Shown here piece by piece: positions 19,902 through 30,187 of a stretch of 64,000 nt of DNA. The position numbers and the translations under genes were made by a program. The notes beneath the pieces were generated by a model. It was given only the letters and a program-made list of their open reading frames with translations. It ran no database searches and was not told where the DNA came from. The first letter of the stretch is position 1. Each line of letters begins with the position of its first letter. Source of the DNA: Trypanosoma brucei. Its lineage: Eukaryota. The stretch covers positions 1,440,001-1,504,000 of the forward strand of contig CP000070.1 of NCBI GenBank assembly GCA_000002445.1. Reading direction: 5' to 3'.

Positions 19902-22622
19902 ATGTCTGCCTCTCGATCTCCCTCTGGCAGTGGGAGTTTGTATCCCGCTGGCACCATGTCAACGGGATGTTCCCTGCCTTCATTGACGTGTCCCCCGAAA
20001 CTTGGTGTGGGCAAGGTTGAGGGCAGTAGCGACACTGTTTCCATGGAGCGCTCGCAAGCTGGCAGCCAGTGGGCCGGCGGGACACATGCTGAAGAAGTGT
20101 GGGCATGCAAAAATGCTGCTTACACCAGGGCAATGAAATATTCCAAAGGATTGGTTGCGGACGTGGTGGATAGTTCGGTAGAATTCCTGCCACGCCGTCT
20201 CATGAGGAGTTCTGTGAACCACAGTATAAAGGACAGGAAATCGTCTTTCAGTGTCATGGCTGATGTTGGGCGCGACACGCAACAGCAATCTTTGGCTGCC
20301 ACAAGCTGCAAAGGTACTTCATCCACTCCCATGAGTGAAGCCACATTCCCATTCCTTGACGGTGGGAAGGTACAACCAACGGATCCAGGGCACCTAAAAG
20401 CTGGAATTACGTACGATCCGCAGTCGTATGGATCGCTTTTACCCACGACGCTGAAGGTACGATCCGTTGAGGAAGCTGTGAGTGGCCCTCTAATGGGGGT
20501 TGCGGCTAACGAAATGTTTGCAAACCGAGATGCTAAACAGATGTTGAGGGGTATTCTCCAGCCGGTACAGAAGACTTCGCAATTTTCACAGTACTTTGAT
20601 CGACAACAGTTTGAGGGTAAAATGAGGCAGTTGGAGGAAAGCGCGCGACACTTCAGCAAATGTCTTGCTCAGCGTGTGTCTTCCAGTACCGGTGGTGGTG
20701 GTGTGATGATTGTCGTAAACGATTCTGATGATGGGAGCTCCGACGACGGTGGTTTGATGGGTGACGGTGTGAGACGCAGAGCTCGAAAGCCCGCCAAAAT
20801 GGTAGACGAAGCGCGAGTAGCTGGCGACGCTGAATCTAATGCCCGGAAACAGCGACTTAACGCACTTCGTTGCACTCCACAGAATCTTTGTAGCTCGGTG
20901 GCGTTGCGTGATGCGTTGAAGAAAAGCAGGATTACGGTGAAGAAAGCACGATGCAGTGCTGTTAATGTAGCAAGACACAGCTCTGATCTACTGGAGCTTC
21001 TGCGGAGGAGAGGATCGAGGAGCACTGGTCCCCAGGAAGCGATGGTTGTTTTGCCCAACGAAGAGGTTTCATGGGACACGGGATCTGTTTCACCGAATAA
21101 GTGTACCCAAGCCTCATTTGCGTCGATACCGGATTCTGCATGTGGTAATGAGGGTCACCGCACCAAGGTTGTTACAGACCAGCGCGCTGTAACAATGCTG
21201 GAGTCGTTTTTGCGCAGCGGCAAGGGATTGACGACTCATGGTATTTTACCTGCAACACTGTATGGCAATCACTGTGGCCCCAATGGCGGCCAGTTGATCT
21301 CTGCACCAGAATCTTCGCGGTTACCATCAATGCTAGATACTGCTTTCAGTGATGTTTTCTCCACTGGTGCATTATCACCAAGTGGGCAGCAGCTAGCGGC
21401 ATCAGCAGAGTGCTTGCAACAGCAGAGGAAAAGTGTCCACCGTACGAAACCAGCCCGCCGTGTGATTCCTGTTGGTTACGGGATGAGTGCTCGTGCCCGT
21501 CAAAACTACGAGGCGATGGTGGAGAACTGGGAGGTGAGTGAGATCGAGCAAGAGCTTCGGAACGGGGAAGCATTATGCCACGCCCGCCGTCGGCTGCTGA
21601 AGCTCGTGTCTGAGCGCAAACGGTTGTTAAACGCGTCGCTCGCGCACTTCCACCATAACCCGCAGCAAGCCGTATCGCTGCAGCGGCGTGAGATATTCCG
21701 GATGGTTGTCGAGGTTGATGCCGAGGACCGTAAGCAGGCGTGTTTTTCATTTGTTGATTTGCTTGAACAGTGCTGCCGGAACACTCTGGATGATGCCGCA
21801 TGGTCTGTTGTTTCCGGCGCCTTGAAGTCTAGCCGCGATCTTATCCAACTCTCTCCACTACGGTGCAACCCGCAGAATTTCATTTCCATTCTGAACGACT
21901 GTCTGTCATTGCAGCATATCCGGGATCAGCGCGTTCAAGATGCTCTACAGTGGTTAGCAAAACTCTTTGGTGTATCGCAAGGGCAATTCAAGTCTGCACT
22001 ACAATCATTGCACCACAACCTCAACAAGCCACGCGATTACGAGGCACGGTTCCATGAAATTGACAGCCGCGTGTGTGGGATAGCAGCGTCCACTGAGAGA
22101 CGTGTTCGTATTAAACTGCGCCGTTGCAACTTTCAGCTTCCCCGTCCTGTGGGTGCTGGCAGCCAAATGAACCCCCTTGTCACCAGCAATGGTGATGGCG
22201 CTGTGGGCTGTGTGTTGGGTCCCAACACCTGTGTTGATCGTCCTGAAGTATCGCTCGTTTTTCAGCTGGGAAATGAAACTGCCGTCTCCTCAACACTCAG
22301 CGCTCATCGTAGCGGTACCGGAGGGAGTGGTGATGTGGTGTGTGAGATGGTTGATGACGCCCCGTGCTATGTGGTTGACTTCAATGACGAAATTGTGCAG
22401 CTGAAGCCTGTGGACACCAGTGTGGTACGCGTCTCTCTGTCCTGCAACGGCAACGTTCTTTGCAGTGGCTTCTTGCACCTGTCCAAGTGTACCTTCCACA
22501 GTAATCGTACCTTATCTGTCATTCTTCGTCTCGACAACAAAAGAATATTTGTGGCTGATCTGAGGATCAATGTGGAGCTTGTGTATGGAAGGGACCGCCG
22601 GGGGCGGGGTGGGAGAAGGTAG
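19902..22622 (+). CDS. Hypothetical protein of 906 aa (copy B).
   Basis: Substitutions relative to copy A: P to S at IPAPESS / ISAPESS, N to S at GAGNQ / GAGSQ, and T to P with Y to S at LKTVDTSVVRVSLY / LKPVDTSVVRVSLS. Confidence 0.75.
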   Translation: MSASRSPSGSGSLYPAGTMSTGCSLPSLTCPPKLGVGKVEGSSDTVSMERSQAGSQWAGGTHAEEVWACKNAAYTRAMKYSKGLVADVVDSSVEFLPRRLMRSSVNHSIKDRKSSFSVMADVGRDTQQQSLAATSCKGTSSTPMSEATFPFLDGGKVQPTDPGHLKAGITYDPQSYGSLLPTTLKVRSVEEAVSGPLMGVAANEMFANRDAKQMLRGILQPVQKTSQFSQYFDRQQFEGKMRQLEESARHFSKCLAQRVSSSTGGGGVMIVVNDSDDGSSDDGGLMGDGVRRRARKPAKMVDEARVAGDAESNARKQRLNALRCTPQNLCSSVALRDALKKSRITVKKARCSAVNVARHSSDLLELLRRRGSRSTGPQEAMVVLPNEEVSWDTGSVSPNKCTQASFASIPDSACGNEGHRTKVVTDQRAVTMLESFLRSGKGLTTHGILPATLYGNHCGPNGGQLISAPESSRLPSMLDTAFSDVFSTGALSPSGQQLAASAECLQQQRKSVHRTKPARRVIPVGYGMSARARQNYEAMVENWEVSEIEQELRNGEALCHARRRLLKLVSERKRLLNASLAHFHHNPQQAVSLQRREIFRMVVEVDAEDRKQACFSFVDLLEQCCRNTLDDAAWSVVSGALKSSRDLIQLSPLRCNPQNFISILNDCLSLQHIRDQRVQDALQWLAKLFGVSQGQFKSALQSLHHNLNKPRDYEARFHEIDSRVCGIAASTERRVRIKLRRCNFQLPRPVGAGSQMNPLVTSNGDGAVGCVLGPNTCVDRPEVSLVFQLGNETAVSSTLSAHRSGTGGSGDVVCEMVDDAPCYVVDFNDEIVQLKPVDTSVVRVSLSCNGNVLCSGFLHLSKCTFHSNRTLSVILRLDNKRIFVADLRINVELVYGRDRRGRGGRR

Positions 22623-23465
22623 GAACGGCTCGTGAGTCTGTGTGGCCTTTGCTCACATAAATGGTCACGGGATTAACGTTCGAATGTATGTGTATCTTTG
22701 TGCATATGTGCACTGTGCGTTTGCTGTAACATGAAACTGTCCTGGATATGATAATGTTTCTTCACGCTTGTGTTTTATTGGTTTGCGTAAACGGGAACCG
22801 TCACATGAGCAATGTTAGCCTTTCTTTTTTTCCTTTACTTGCTGTACATGTTATGGATGAGAGCCTTGTTTGTTCTGCTCTTTATCCTTCCCTCTCTCAT
22901 ACACACACTTTCACCGTTTCTTTTCCATTATTTTATAACTGATTGATGGTCATTAGAGGTCGAGTGTGCTTCACTGCTGAGGTAGCGGTAAGGGGCGCGC
23001 AAAAACCCACACGTTTGTGTGGTGTCATTGAGGCTGGTAATGGAAGGTCGTTTACTCTCCAGTATTTTTCCGTATTCTGTATGTTTTCCTAACAGGTTGT
23101 CATACCGTAGATATCTATGTGGATTACGGTTTATCAAGTTTCTTACGTTTTTTCCTGGCAATACTCGTGCGAATGGTTATTGCGATAATCTTTTTTTGGG
23201 TTTTAACCTTTATTGTCAACGTAACGTTTCTGGAAGGGCATATAACGGGCGCAATATCGATATCCCTAGTCCCCCGGCACCTCTAACTCTGAATTCGTTG
23301 GTATCTTACGTGACGGAATTGCGTTTGTTACACAGATCATGTGGCGTATCGGTGTCAGCTTCTCGCGTTCGATTCCAAGCACGTGAGTTTCTTACTCGTG
23401 GTATTGCGAAAGATCTCTTTTGCTCTGATACCGACAAGGGGAGTACTGCATTGTGCAATGGTGGA

Positions 23466-26400
23466 ATGAATGAGGAGTGCGCCACGGCATTACTTTTGAC
23501 GTGTGGATATTTTGAGTTGTCTATCTTTGAGTGCGGTTGCGGTTATGAATGTGTGGAACTGCTTTCCTCCCTTTGGAGTAGTCGTCTTGTTTCGTCACTT
23601 TCACCTCCATGCAGTTGTGCAGCTGCAGGCGATGCCGGCCGTTTGACTCTTTCAGTTCTTGGTATGCTTACGAGCGGTGGTGTGCGAACTTCTGCGGAAA
23701 ATCGTGATAAATTACTACAGTTTCTGTGTAAAATATTGTTACCTGTTACGTTGCGTCTCGTTCAAGAAGAGTCGCTTTTTGTGACTTTCACTACCGACGC
23801 AGAAAGGGCAATGACCAACGATGGGGGAGCTGCCTTTTCGACATTAATTTCGGCCCTAACTAAAGCTGCTGTGGCGGGGTGGATTTGTGGCGATCGTTCA
23901 TCAGGCAGTGGCAGGGTTGCTTTCGGGGTGCCATCTTTGCCACAGGCGTTCTCCCGGAAGCGAGAGGTCTCGGGCCCATTATTTCACACATTAGCGCAGG
24001 GAGATGCCATCGACTGTAGCCGCCTGGCTTCGGTGATGCAGATGTATGCTGGATGCTTAGTAAACGATCATCTGAAAGGGTCTGCTTCACAAGTATTACG
24101 TTTTTTTACGCTTACACAGTGTGTTCCGCAGTTAGTTGCACTGGCAGACCATTACCAAGAGGGCGATAGGCGCGTAAGTTTGGTTGCGTCGCTTGTGCGG
24201 TCTGTAACTGCTGTCCTCCTGGCGTCTTTGGATGTTAAGGGCACAAACGTCTCCCACCTAGTCGCAAGCATTGCCTGTTCCTACGCGCGTATTTTGACAT
24301 TCCCCTCAGAAGAGAAAGCTGCGACTACCGCAACATCATATGGTATTACGAAAGCGAAGGAGCCACAAAAACCGTCGTGGACACTTTTCAGGGACGTCAC
24401 AATTGGCGTAAGAAATAATATGCTCTACGGAAATGAGGTGCTTTCGCCGGCTGTTGTACTGCTCCATTTGTGTGAACGTGTGACACCCTTTGCACACAAG
24501 TATTTGTTTTCGGATTTGGCAGCATTACTTAATGCCCTGGGAAAGATATATAGAGTGGCGGTAGTGCACTTCAACCGGCGCGCAACCACTTCCAAAAAAA
24601 TTACTGAAAAGGCTCACTGTGATGAAGGTAATTGCGGTTCACGAGAAACTTGGAAAGTATCTAGCAAGACGTTCACTCACTCGCGTTTCGAGCGTCGCGG
24701 ATCTGCCACGTGTGTCCAACAAGCTCATCTTTCCCCCACCCACGGGGCAATGGTTAGTGAAAGCACAGAATCTCCTCAGGTGGGATTGACTTCACCATAT
24801 TCACTCGCTCTTCCCTTTGCTGTTAATGCCGAGGACATCGCCGAGATCGAGGGCGAGTTAGAAGTGCTGCTAACTTCTGTTGTAACTGTAATGGAAAGAC
24901 ACATGCCATCTACTCGGAACGGACGACCAGTTTTTGTGTCGCGGGCAAACTTTACAACGGATGATTCAGTATGTGCTGAAGAGTGTGTGGATATGAGCCG
25001 CAAGGGATGTGCTACCGATGGGCGAAAGCACTACGCGGAGGATACTAGTGGACTACAGTCTGTGCCCACAGCCCGTGCAAAGGAACTTGGTGGCAGAAGC
25101 CGTCTGCTAAAGAAGTCGGTTGCTGGTAAAGAGCTGGTGTTGATTGCCGAAGGTCTCCACACCCTTGGCTGGAGGTCTTTTGTTGCATTTCAGGATCGTT
25201 TACTGATGTCACTCTCGTCACAGTTGGGGCAAGAGGTGCTTAGTGGAAGACAGTACGCGTCTCTTGTTTGTCTTTTGCTTCGTGCACCTCCTGTATTAGC
25301 CTCCGTCGTTTTTCACGCAGTGGAGGATCGGCTTAAGCGACTTATTCATTCAGACGCAGTTACAATCACGGAGGAATTTAACACTGAAGAATCCAAAGAA
25401 AGTCAGGGGGTTTCTCAAGTGGTGGTTGCCCTCCCGCATGCACGTGCCATTCAGGATGAGTCAATTTCTTTGTGCGAGGCGTGTGCCGTTATCTTCGGTT
25501 TCGCGTCAAAAATGGGGAAAAATGCCCTCTCTCTGCTGAATGACCTTTTCATCCGCTGCGGAAATCGTGTGCTTGTGGAAGTACCTTTGTCGAATAGCCG
25601 CCTTGATGAAAATGTTGAGGGCGCCTTAACGATGTTTGTGGCGAGCTCCACATGGGTTCTTGCCAACTCTTTGGCGGGACGGTCAGGGTCGCAGCACTCC
25701 GGCAAGGAAAAATCAGTAATATCCTTCATTAAACGAGCTCGTGATCATGCAGCACATGCCTTATGTGTTTCCTTATTTATGGGAAATACTGTTGGCAACC
25801 CACTATCGCTGATTTCAGTGGAAGCAGTTGCAAATGCCTGTATGATGTTGGAGTGCTGTGGCAGCAGATCCGACAAGAATATAGAACAAATTCATGGTCA
25901 CTTGAAACGTGCGTATGCTTTTTTGGTCTCGCAGTGCGACAGTCGCGAACTTGCGCAACTACTGGAAGGCTTCGTAGGACGCAAACAACTGGTTGGGCCA
26001 CGCAGTCCCCAAGACGAGAGCGATGTTGGAGTGGCACTACAACTTCCGCGCTGGATGATATCCTCAATGAATCTTTCACAGCGCTTTGCTAAGGAAGACC
26101 GTCTTCTCTCGGTGATGTTTTTCCCGTTCCTCAGAGTAAATGACAAATGTGATTCCCACGAAGCCCTCTGTGACACAAGGAGGAAATGTTTATACTCCGT
26201 TACTGATGTTGAACGTGTTTTACTTATTACTCAGCGTTACTGCCGGAATTTCGGGACGCTTGTTGTTGTTCTGCGGTTACTTCACACAACGGACCCATCA
26301 ATTCTTCGGCAGGGTAACGTTGTTGATCTGGTGCTGCGGAAGGTTGCCCAAGTTATGCGCCGTACTTGCAAACCACTTGATCTCTTCGCCTTCTTCGCGA

Positions 26401-29006
26401 TGTATGGTGATTTTGAAAGTGTCGTGTCAGTCGCTCTGCGAGAACTTGGGCCTGAAGCTAGGTGCTTCGCAAGTGTAAAAAGAAACAGGGACAGTACCGA
26501 TAGGGAGGTGGCCACCGCAACCACATCAAAGGGCATGTTACATGGGAGCAGTGAGTTGGCCGAATTTCTGCCAATGGGTCAGATAACAGCCGCTGTAAGT
26601 GCAGTGAACCGGTTGCAGTTGCGGTCACTACGGCAAAATTGGTTAGCGACCACTGGTCCACTTATCGTCGCCGCAGCCAAGGTTTCTCGCGAGCCACTGG
26701 AAGTTGTGCTGGACCTGGCAGAGTTAGTAAAAGGAGATGATCCCAAACTTCTTTACGACCTTCTTACGTGCTCCTCAGCTATGTGTGCCATTGATGAAAC
26801 GTGCAACTTTACAACTGATATCAGCACGTTGTTACGACTGCTGCTGCTTCTCCAAGGTGGGAATTTATCGAACCCAACGGTTCGCCGACTGCACATCGCC
26901 TCCCGCAAGTTGCTTTTTAGGCCGGCTGAGTTATATGTGCCGTCCCTAATGCAGTTGGCGCAGGTCGCCATCCTTCCCTCTGTCAAAGGAACGGCGCTTG
27001 GGCGGCAGATTAGGCGCATTTTCTATTTTCGTGTGGGAAGGTTGCTGTTTGGCAAGCAGCAATCTCCCTGGAGAAGCCTTGCAGATAGTGGTGGGGAAGT
27101 GAATCGTGGTGTGAACTCAGATAAATCGCGAGAAACTGAAGTCGACCATGAAAAGGGTGGTTGGACCGAATCACTCACAGAACTGGCACTGGAACATTGG
27201 CTGGTGCTATTACGGTACTCATCCGTAGGCAAACCCTCTTCGTATCGTTTAGCTGTGGAGTTGAGACAGAGGGAAGAAGCTGACGAAACGAGAAGGAGGA
27301 AATCCAAAGTTTCGTCTCAAGTTGCGTCAGAGACAGTGCTAGTGTGTACTGATGATCAGGTTACTTGTTCTGATGACGGGCAGACGGCTAACGGTGGGGT
27401 TGGGTGCGGCGCCGCGGCAGGCAGGGTCGACAAGCGCTTTGAGGGCATCGATATGTTTCACGCGTTTTCAGATCGTTTGGTTATGCAGCTGCGGCAGTCG
27501 CTGGGTGCCTCAAAGTTCATAGCATTTGTGGGTGAAATGGTGTTGCATGCAGCTAATGCGGCTCCGTACACCTCTCCTCTTGAGTGCGATGGGGAAGCTT
27601 TATGTGAAGAGAGGTTGATATATGAGGGGACGGCGCCTCTACTTTTAGACGCACGTGTGCGTAGATTTGTTCGCCTAGCCACCCTCATTGTGGAGGAGAT
27701 GTCTAGTGATCTCGGTTCCTTCTTAGGGAATGAGCAGCATCTGGACCGACAGTGCGTAGACAAGCAAGATAGCGAATTAGTGAAGAAGTCCATTGGTTTG
27801 GATCTCGGTGCTGTTCTGAAATTCCTTGTCCTGCTTGATACGTTTGATCCTCTTCAGTATGAGAAACGGGTTCTGGAGCGGTGGGAACGTAGGGACGTGC
27901 AAACACAGTCAGTTGAACTCTCTGATGTTTTTGCCGATGCCAATGGTCTCCCTCTGCGACACTTGTACCGTATAGTTCAGCAGCTACCTGATTATTGGTG
28001 CAATACGATGGGATGTAGTTCCTGCAGTTTCGGAGGGATAGTAGGCATTCACCCCACAAACATTTCCACCGTTTTTGAGTACTGCATGCCACCCGAAGGA
28101 GTAAATGTAAACGGCGACTGCTGCATCTTCCCCGTCACTGCAACCACGGACCGCGAAGCACCAACATGCTGCCACTCAGCAGGTATCTTTGGTAGTGATA
28201 GGCCACTTGTAACTGACGTTTGGGTTCCACTTTCTAAGGCAAGGCAGCAACAGCAATTAGTGAACTGCCTTGTAAAGGAGAAGCTGCTTGATGTGACGAT
28301 GCGCTGCTTTTTTCGTGAGGGTGAATCACCAGCTGTGACAAGAGCACGATTGGGACTGCTTGGTCCCCGTGACTTGACGTGTGTTTTGCGGACAATTCTT
28401 GCAAAGCGAGATACCACCAATGGCGATGCTGGGGAAGCTTCGGAGAGGACAAGCGTTACCACAATACTTGAACTACTCACAGATATGCTACCAAGCACGG
28501 CAGCAGAAGACCTGCACAATGTTGTGGTGGCGCTTACCCCGCTTTTGTCCAGGTCAGAATTCTCTGATCACCCGAAATTGTCGACAGATGCTTGTGCGAG
28601 CGAGTCCTGTGAAGCGGGGGTGGGGTTGAAGCGCTTCCTCGCACACGTCGCCGTGGTTATGGGTAACGATGCGGAGCGTTTTTCCGTACCTGTGCTTTTG
28701 GATATGATTGAACACTTGCATGTTCCACATCGGCTCATTTCGCCGGCAGCGGCTGCAATTATCTTGAGTTACCTAGTACCACTAGGAAATGAGACTGAGG
28801 GAACCCAACGGGCGGGGGAAGGCTCATTGGATGACGAAATTGATGTTGGTGCTCCCTCGATGCATAATGGTGCAGGAGCTACAGTGGAAATAGGGAACAC
28901 TTTTGATGCGATAGTAAGCCTCCTTCAAAGTATTGTTAACACAGCGCCGGAAAGTCCGATAGCTTCGGTGCCGCGTACCGGAGATGTGTATCACAAATGC
29001 AGTTGA
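23466..29006 (+). CDS. Large hypothetical protein of about 1846 aa from the ATG at 23466. The track ORF begins at GTG 23019 and the first in-frame ATG is at 23040. No recognisable domain.
   Basis: Continuous 6-kb ORF. The translation between 23019 and 23460 is F/L/C-rich and looks non-coding. A pyrimidine tract tttcttacgttttttcctgg lies at about 23140-23160, so the 23466 start MNEECATALL is favoured. Confidence 0.7.
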   Translation: MNEECATALLLTCGYFELSIFECGCGYECVELLSSLWSSRLVSSLSPPCSCAAAGDAGRLTLSVLGMLTSGGVRTSAENRDKLLQFLCKILLPVTLRLVQEESLFVTFTTDAERAMTNDGGAAFSTLISALTKAAVAGWICGDRSSGSGRVAFGVPSLPQAFSRKREVSGPLFHTLAQGDAIDCSRLASVMQMYAGCLVNDHLKGSASQVLRFFTLTQCVPQLVALADHYQEGDRRVSLVASLVRSVTAVLLASLDVKGTNVSHLVASIACSYARILTFPSEEKAATTATSYGITKAKEPQKPSWTLFRDVTIGVRNNMLYGNEVLSPAVVLLHLCERVTPFAHKYLFSDLAALLNALGKIYRVAVVHFNRRATTSKKITEKAHCDEGNCGSRETWKVSSKTFTHSRFERRGSATCVQQAHLSPTHGAMVSESTESPQVGLTSPYSLALPFAVNAEDIAEIEGELEVLLTSVVTVMERHMPSTRNGRPVFVSRANFTTDDSVCAEECVDMSRKGCATDGRKHYAEDTSGLQSVPTARAKELGGRSRLLKKSVAGKELVLIAEGLHTLGWRSFVAFQDRLLMSLSSQLGQEVLSGRQYASLVCLLLRAPPVLASVVFHAVEDRLKRLIHSDAVTITEEFNTEESKESQGVSQVVVALPHARAIQDESISLCEACAVIFGFASKMGKNALSLLNDLFIRCGNRVLVEVPLSNSRLDENVEGALTMFVASSTWVLANSLAGRSGSQHSGKEKSVISFIKRARDHAAHALCVSLFMGNTVGNPLSLISVEAVANACMMLECCGSRSDKNIEQIHGHLKRAYAFLVSQCDSRELAQLLEGFVGRKQLVGPRSPQDESDVGVALQLPRWMISSMNLSQRFAKEDRLLSVMFFPFLRVNDKCDSHEALCDTRRKCLYSVTDVERVLLITQRYCRNFGTLVVVLRLLHTTDPSILRQGNVVDLVLRKVAQVMRRTCKPLDLFAFFAMYGDFESVVSVALRELGPEARCFASVKRNRDSTDREVATATTSKGMLHGSSELAEFLPMGQITAAVSAVNRLQLRSLRQNWLATTGPLIVAAAKVSREPLEVVLDLAELVKGDDPKLLYDLLTCSSAMCAIDETCNFTTDISTLLRLLLLLQGGNLSNPTVRRLHIASRKLLFRPAELYVPSLMQLAQVAILPSVKGTALGRQIRRIFYFRVGRLLFGKQQSPWRSLADSGGEVNRGVNSDKSRETEVDHEKGGWTESLTELALEHWLVLLRYSSVGKPSSYRLAVELRQREEADETRRRKSKVSSQVASETVLVCTDDQVTCSDDGQTANGGVGCGAAAGRVDKRFEGIDMFHAFSDRLVMQLRQSLGASKFIAFVGEMVLHAANAAPYTSPLECDGEALCEERLIYEGTAPLLLDARVRRFVRLATLIVEEMSSDLGSFLGNEQHLDRQCVDKQDSELVKKSIGLDLGAVLKFLVLLDTFDPLQYEKRVLERWERRDVQTQSVELSDVFADANGLPLRHLYRIVQQLPDYWCNTMGCSSCSFGGIVGIHPTNISTVFEYCMPPEGVNVNGDCCIFPVTATTDREAPTCCHSAGIFGSDRPLVTDVWVPLSKARQQQQLVNCLVKEKLLDVTMRCFFREGESPAVTRARLGLLGPRDLTCVLRTILAKRDTTNGDAGEASERTSVTTILELLTDMLPSTAAEDLHNVVVALTPLLSRSEFSDHPKLSTDACASESCEAGVGLKRFLAHVAVVMGNDAERFSVPVLLDMIEHLHVPHRLISPAAAAIILSYLVPLGNETEGTQRAGEGSLDDEIDVGAPSMHNGAGATVEIGNTFDAIVSLLQSIVNTAPESPIASVPRTGDVYHKCS

Positions 29007-29809
29007 ACAACTGTGATGGAGGTGGTTTATACCATGTACACACTGACAGCATTATCCTCAGTGACACAAACTACTTTTATTGTTTATGTATTACACCGGC
29101 TGCAATTGTATGAGGGAAAAAGAGGTTCGTGGGGTGGGGTGAGAATCCCTACTCTCGGCGGCTCTCACACGTGACACACTAACACTTAAGGTTGTTACAT
29201 AGTGGCGGAGGTTTCGGATACCTGATTACTCCAGTGGAGTATAAGTTATCGTTCCCAGCTTCACATGTGAAACGCCGCCTCGAAGGTAAATTGTATTGTG
29301 TGTATAGGGAGCGATGTGAGGTTGGTTTGGGAATTTTCAAGTTGCTTTTGCGTTTATTACTCTTTGAACGCTAAGGTGCGCTGTGGGAGGAGCAAACGCC
29401 GTGTTTTCTCCATTTCCAGTTTTCAACCTGATGCTGCAAAACATTCTCTTCACAAACTTCTTTCTTTCTTTTTGCCCCCCCCCCCCAACACAGACCGCTT
29501 GTGCTCGCAGGTGCACAAGGTAAATGTGTTCTGTGTGATTTGTACAAACTCGTGGAAGACCTGCACAGGTCGTCGTAAGTGAAAGAGGCCACTGTGCTGC
29601 AGTTAAAATAGTGAGTAAGGCAGAAGCCATCTTACATATTTTTTTTTCTGTGCACCTTTTGCTGTTGGAGTGTTGCTTGTGTTCCTTTCCAATTCGTCGC
29701 TTATGCTTAAATGTACTCTGGTTTCTTTCAATAGTCTTGTCTAAACTATTTAAAGTCTACCGTTTCGACGGTAACGTGTACTATATAAGTTTTAAAGGGG
29801 ATACATAGC

Positions 29810-29838
29810 GTACATATATATATATATATATATATATT
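29810..29838. repeat. (AT)14 microsatellite.
   Basis: atatatatatatatatatatatatatat. Confidence 0.9.
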
Positions 29839-30187
29839 GATACATTTGTATTCGGGTTGTAGGGAAAGGTAGCAGTAGGAAACCCTCTAGTGTTGCTTCC
29901 ACCGCCCACGTTCCTGATTTTACACTGTGGTGGTCGTAGTGCTTTAAGAGGAAGTGTGAACGAGTTTAAAGTAAATCAGCAACAAAAACCAAACTGCAAA
30001 ACGTTGGACACATCCTTCTGGGCCGCTGGTGCAATAGACGTACGCACCGTCAGGAAAAAAAAAAATAAAACATTGTCAGCAAAAACAAAGAAAGAAAATT
30101 GCCGCTACCTCTTGAAGCAACAGTTGTGAAGAGTGACCTCTGTTGCTGTGCATTTTTTGTATCAACTGTTGTTGACTTCGTGTGGCG

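Larger units (their letters stand above)
16780..23075 (+). repeat. Tandem segmental duplication, copy B. It is separated from copy A by ~240 bp of unique junction sequence (16541-16779).
   Basis: Same as copy A. Only the central part of the first gene differs. Confidence 0.9.

Noticed and set aside
10200-23075. Whether the repeated blocks could be a CRISPR array, a transposon or a prokaryotic operon.
   Set aside because: Repeat units are 6.3 kb and protein-coding, and there are no short direct repeats with spacers. No transposase, integrase or terminal inverted repeat is visible. The context is a eukaryotic (kinetoplastid-type) directional gene cluster.
23019-23465. N-terminal 150-aa extension of the large ORF from GTG 23019 / ATG 23040.
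   Set aside because: The ORF-finder start is a GTG and the translation is F/L/C-rich and non-protein-like. The duplication breakpoint falls inside it, and a pyrimidine tract with AG lies downstream of 23040. The ATG at 23466 is the more plausible start. The 23040 alternative is retained in the feature note.
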